A stretch of DNA of 64,000 nucleotides from Terriglobia bacterium. GTDB taxonomy: Bacteria > Acidobacteriota > Terriglobia > 20CM-2-55-15. A program made the position numbers and the translations under genes. Each line of letters starts with the position of its first letter. Position 1 is the first letter of the stretch. The notes below the pieces were generated by a model. The model ran no database searches and was not told the origin of the DNA. It saw only the letters and a list, made by a program, of their open reading frames with translations. The stretch spans positions 736,001 through 800,000 of the forward strand of contig CBDAOY010000007.1 in assembly GCA_965198225.1 (NCBI GenBank), in the 5' to 3' direction. Shown piece by piece: positions 60,807 through 64,000 of the stretch.

Positions 60807-61238
60807 ATGAGTCTATTGAAGATAGCGAATCCCGCTACAAGCGTCGGACCGTCGGCCATGGTTATGGACGGTATCCGCGCGATGGAAGGAGCGACAGTCG
60901 GCGCCGTGCTGATTGTCGATCGCGACGAAGTCAAAGGTATCTTCAGCGAGCGAGACCTGATGTTGCGAGTCATTCTCGCCGGGAAGGATCCGGAGACGAC
61001 GCCAATCGGCGACGTGATGACCGCACCCGTCCTGACGATCGAAAAGAGTACGTCTGAGGACGATGCACTCAAGTTGATGTGGGATCGCCACGTCCGGCAC
61101 CTGCCGGTCGTCGGTGACTCGGGTCAAGTCGAAGGTGTGGTGTCGATCCGACACCTGCTTCATGACAAGGTAGAAAACCTGACGCAGGAGCTCGATTCAC
61201 TCGAAGCCTATTTCTCTGCCGACGGCATTGGTGGCTGA
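60807..61238 (+). CDS. CBS-domain protein
   Basis: GIFSERD, DVMT, VRHLPVV; AAGGGAG RBS. Confidence 0.9.
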   Translation: MSLLKIANPATSVGPSAMVMDGIRAMEGATVGAVLIVDRDEVKGIFSERDLMLRVILAGKDPETTPIGDVMTAPVLTIEKSTSEDDALKLMWDRHVRHLPVVGDSGQVEGVVSIRHLLHDKVENLTQELDSLEAYFSADGIGG

Positions 61239-61389
61239 GGTGTCTGAAGAAATCTGCGACGGATCTGAACAACCGAACCCCGCAGCGGCCGTCTGACGGA
61301 CGCCTTACCCCCCCTGCGCCTGCCCTCCTACTGCTGACCGTCCTCCATAACGATTGCGGCCAACGCCAGCCCGCGCGCATCATATCGGG

Positions 61390-62073
61390 ATGAGGCGGAT
61401 CTTCGGTTATTTGGGGGACATGCTCGTCGCTTTCCTGCCCGAGGACTACCGCCCGGAGTGGGCGCCTCGCGAAAGGGATCTGGTCCGCCCCTGTATCGCC
61501 GGGGGGCTCGGCTTGACGCTAGTTCTCTTCTTCCTATTGGTTGAGAGTTACGTGCGGTTCATGTCTCAGGCCCTCGATCGGATGGCCGAAGGTCCGTCCA
61601 TTCTCGAGAACCCGGTGTTGCTTGGCGCCGGTGTCTTCTCTTTCTTCGAGTACGCCTTCCACCCCTATAGAGGACTTCTGGTCTACTACTTCGTCGAGAC
61701 TGTTTTTCGGGTATTCGTCGCCGTTACAGTCGGTTCGGTCAACGGTACCCTGCCGCTGCACGTCGTCAACTGGGGGCACCGGCTCGTGTCGCCGCACTAC
61801 GAGGAATGGGCGATGGGCCCTCGAATCATCGATCGCGTCAAGAAGGTCGAGGGCAAGCCCTACGACCTGCTCGTGGCTTCCTGTCGGCGCAAGCCGACCT
61901 GGGACACCTACAACACGATTTCCTACGAAGACGAACTCTACGAAGTCCTGAAGGAAGTCGACAGCCACCCGCCGCACCGCTTCCTCTACGAGCTTCGTAA
62001 GAATCCCAGGTGGCGTGTGACGCGAAAGATCCACCAGTACGATCCCCGCGAGACGCTCGAAAAATCGTCCTAG
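61390..62073 (+). CDS. Hypothetical membrane protein
   Basis: Several hydrophobic segments and genome-like codon bias; start uncertain. Confidence 0.7.
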   Translation: MRRIFGYLGDMLVAFLPEDYRPEWAPRERDLVRPCIAGGLGLTLVLFFLLVESYVRFMSQALDRMAEGPSILENPVLLGAGVFSFFEYAFHPYRGLLVYYFVETVFRVFVAVTVGSVNGTLPLHVVNWGHRLVSPHYEEWAMGPRIIDRVKKVEGKPYDLLVASCRRKPTWDTYNTISYEDELYEVLKEVDSHPPHRFLYELRKNPRWRVTRKIHQYDPRETLEKSS

Positions 62074-62200
62074 TCTGAACTCTCTCACCAATACGGACAA
62101 TAGAGCAGCAGCCGCAATCAGTTGATCTCTCCCTCCTGATTCAAGATAATTCTTCACCGACCGATCATAGACCGCGCAGTTTGTAAGGGGAGGGCGTCCC

Positions 62201-63187
62201 GTGAAGAAACATCTGATGTTTGGCGTTATCGCTGCTTTCCTCCTCGTCCTGCTCGCCACCGCGAGCCGTGCCCAACAACCTCCATCCACCCAGTGGACTC
62301 CGGATCAGATTGCCGAGGCGGTCGAGACGGTTCGGGCCGGACGCAAGCTGACCCCTCCGAAATGGCCCAACGGCGCCCGCGTCGCGGTCTGTCTCAGTTT
62401 CGACGTCGACAACGAGACGCTCGGCCTCAACCGGGGCAACACCGCGCCGGTCACACTTTCGGCCGGCGAGTTCGGCGCGATGTCGGGCCTGCCGCGTGTC
62501 CTGGATCTTCTGGACCGGTATCAGGTTCCGGCCTCGTTCTTCATCCCCGCCGTCAGCGCAATGCTGCACCCGATCCCCGCCGTCAGCGCAATGCTGCACC
62601 CGAGCATGATCCACGACATCATCAAAAACGGCCGCCATGAGGTCGGCGTCCACGGGTGGATCCACGAGAACCTGGCCGGGATGGACGACCCAACCGAAGA
62701 AGAACGCCTGATGAACCAGGCGATCGACTACCTGACGCGGGTAACCGAGAAGCGGCCCGTCGGTTTCCGTGCGCCCTCCTGGGCGTTCAGCCAGTACACC
62801 ATCGACCTGATCCAGAAAGCCGGCTTTCTGGATGACAGCAGCCTGATGGCGATGGACGAACCCTACGAGATCGTCTCGAAAGGGCGACCGACGGGAATGA
62901 TCGAACTGCCCGTGGAGTGGATCCTGGACGACGCGCCGTATTTCGGACGCTCCGGTTCGCTGCCGTCCCCGAGCCTGATTTTCGAAGCCTACCGGGACGA
63001 GTTCGACGTCGCCTATGAAGAAGGGACGATGCTCATGTTGACGATGCACCCACACGTCATCGGGCACCGGTCCCGGATGGTGTACCTGGACAAGCTCGTT
63101 CAATACATGAAGTCGAAACCCGATGTCTGGTTTGCGACCGCCGAGCAGATCGCAAACTACATCAAACAGGTCGACGAGGCACCTTGA
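62201..63187 (+). CDS. Secreted polysaccharide deacetylase (PuuE/PgdA-like) with 10-aa tandem duplication
   Basis: SFDVD, HEVGVHGWIHE, GFRAPSW, MHPHVIG. Confidence 0.9.
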   Translation: MKKHLMFGVIAAFLLVLLATASRAQQPPSTQWTPDQIAEAVETVRAGRKLTPPKWPNGARVAVCLSFDVDNETLGLNRGNTAPVTLSAGEFGAMSGLPRVLDLLDRYQVPASFFIPAVSAMLHPIPAVSAMLHPSMIHDIIKNGRHEVGVHGWIHENLAGMDDPTEEERLMNQAIDYLTRVTEKRPVGFRAPSWAFSQYTIDLIQKAGFLDDSSLMAMDEPYEIVSKGRPTGMIELPVEWILDDAPYFGRSGSLPSPSLIFEAYRDEFDVAYEEGTMLMLTMHPHVIGHRSRMVYLDKLVQYMKSKPDVWFATAEQIANYIKQVDEAP

Positions 63188-64000
63188 GCCCGCTCCCTTC
63201 ATGCCGCCACGCCCGGCGCACGATCTTGTTGATCATCGCAGTCTTGATGCCATCGGCCCTGCTTGCGCAGACGACCTACCCCTCGGTCGGCGGTGACCAG
63301 ATCCGCACGGAAACCTACCTGATCCCGGCGCCCACGAGCGGTCCGATGTCTCCAGCCTGGTCGCCGGACGGGGAATGGATCGCGTTTTCGATGTGGGGTT
63401 CGATCTGGCGTGTGCCGGCCGAGGGCGGTGTCGCCGAGGAGCTGACCAGCGGTCCGGGCTACGACTATCAGCCGGCCTATTCGCCCGACGGTGCCAGGAT
63501 CGTCTTCACCAGGGACCGGGACAAGCAGGTCGACATCTGGGAACTCGCTGACGCGGAAAGACAAGTCACCGACGACGAAGCAGTCGATCTGCTCCCGAGC
63601 TACACACCGGAAGGCGCGATCATTTTCTATACCAGCCGTAGCGGCAACTTCGACATCTGGAGGGCCCCGGATGAGCCGCTGACGACGGAGCGTTCCCGCG
63701 ACATGCAGCCGAGCTATTCCCCCATCGAACCGATTATCGCATTCGTGTCGGGTAGGGAGTCGCCGGTCGGTACTGGAGGAATCTGGAAAAAGGATCTTCG
63801 CACCGGCGAGACGAGCCTCGTCTATTTCGAGGAAACCGTCTACCGCGCCCGTCCCGCCTTCTCTCCCGACGGCAGAGAGATCCTGTTCTCGTCGAATGGA
63901 GATCTGTGGCGGATATCAGCAGACGGCGGCGTACCGATTGGTCACATTTGATGAGCCCGCTGTGGCGGATATCAGCAGACGGCGGCGTACCGATTCGAGT
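63184..64000 (+). CDS. TolB/PD40 beta-propeller protein, interrupted by a duplication near the window end and probably continuing beyond it
   Basis: Repeated PAWSPDG/PAYSPDG/PAFSPDG; the stop at 63949-63951 lies in the spacer of a 36-bp duplication. Confidence 0.8.

Noticed and set aside
63904-63995. Minimal CRISPR array (36-bp repeat, spacer, repeat)
   Set aside because: The repeat is coding sequence of the PD40 gene, there are only two copies, the spacer is short and no cas genes are present

Overview
GC-rich bacterial chromosomal segment, probably Acidobacteriota (an inference from the style of the TonB C-terminal, OmpA, M1 peptidase and DUF4159 genes). It is mostly housekeeping: tRNA-Phe, ileS, recA, hbd/thiolase, lspA-rluD, rnpB, prfA-prmC, rpmE, rpsA-sppA-ihfB, pilT/pilU-like, glgC, ino1, pyk, sucCD, ndk, fbaB, xseA and a ttcA-like gene. 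It also holds one intact IS4-family element and a three-subunit 4-hydroxybenzoyl-CoA-reductase-like molybdoenzyme. The most unusual content is non-coding. Three ~270-290 bp TIR-bounded elements share a covarying structured core but use two unrelated TIR types, and collapsed TIR-only copies also occur. GTAG-type REP doublets are present, one inside RNase P RNA helix P12. A ~120 bp module is nested between two different REP families, and the IS4 sits inside a heptamer array. Other points: a probable selenoprotein (PG-UGA-GAKN plus a SECIS-like hairpin), Gln in place of the catalytic Glu in the molybdoenzyme, and several small duplications, insertions and deletions that break genes and may be assembly artefacts. 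No CRISPR array, prophage or defence island is evident.
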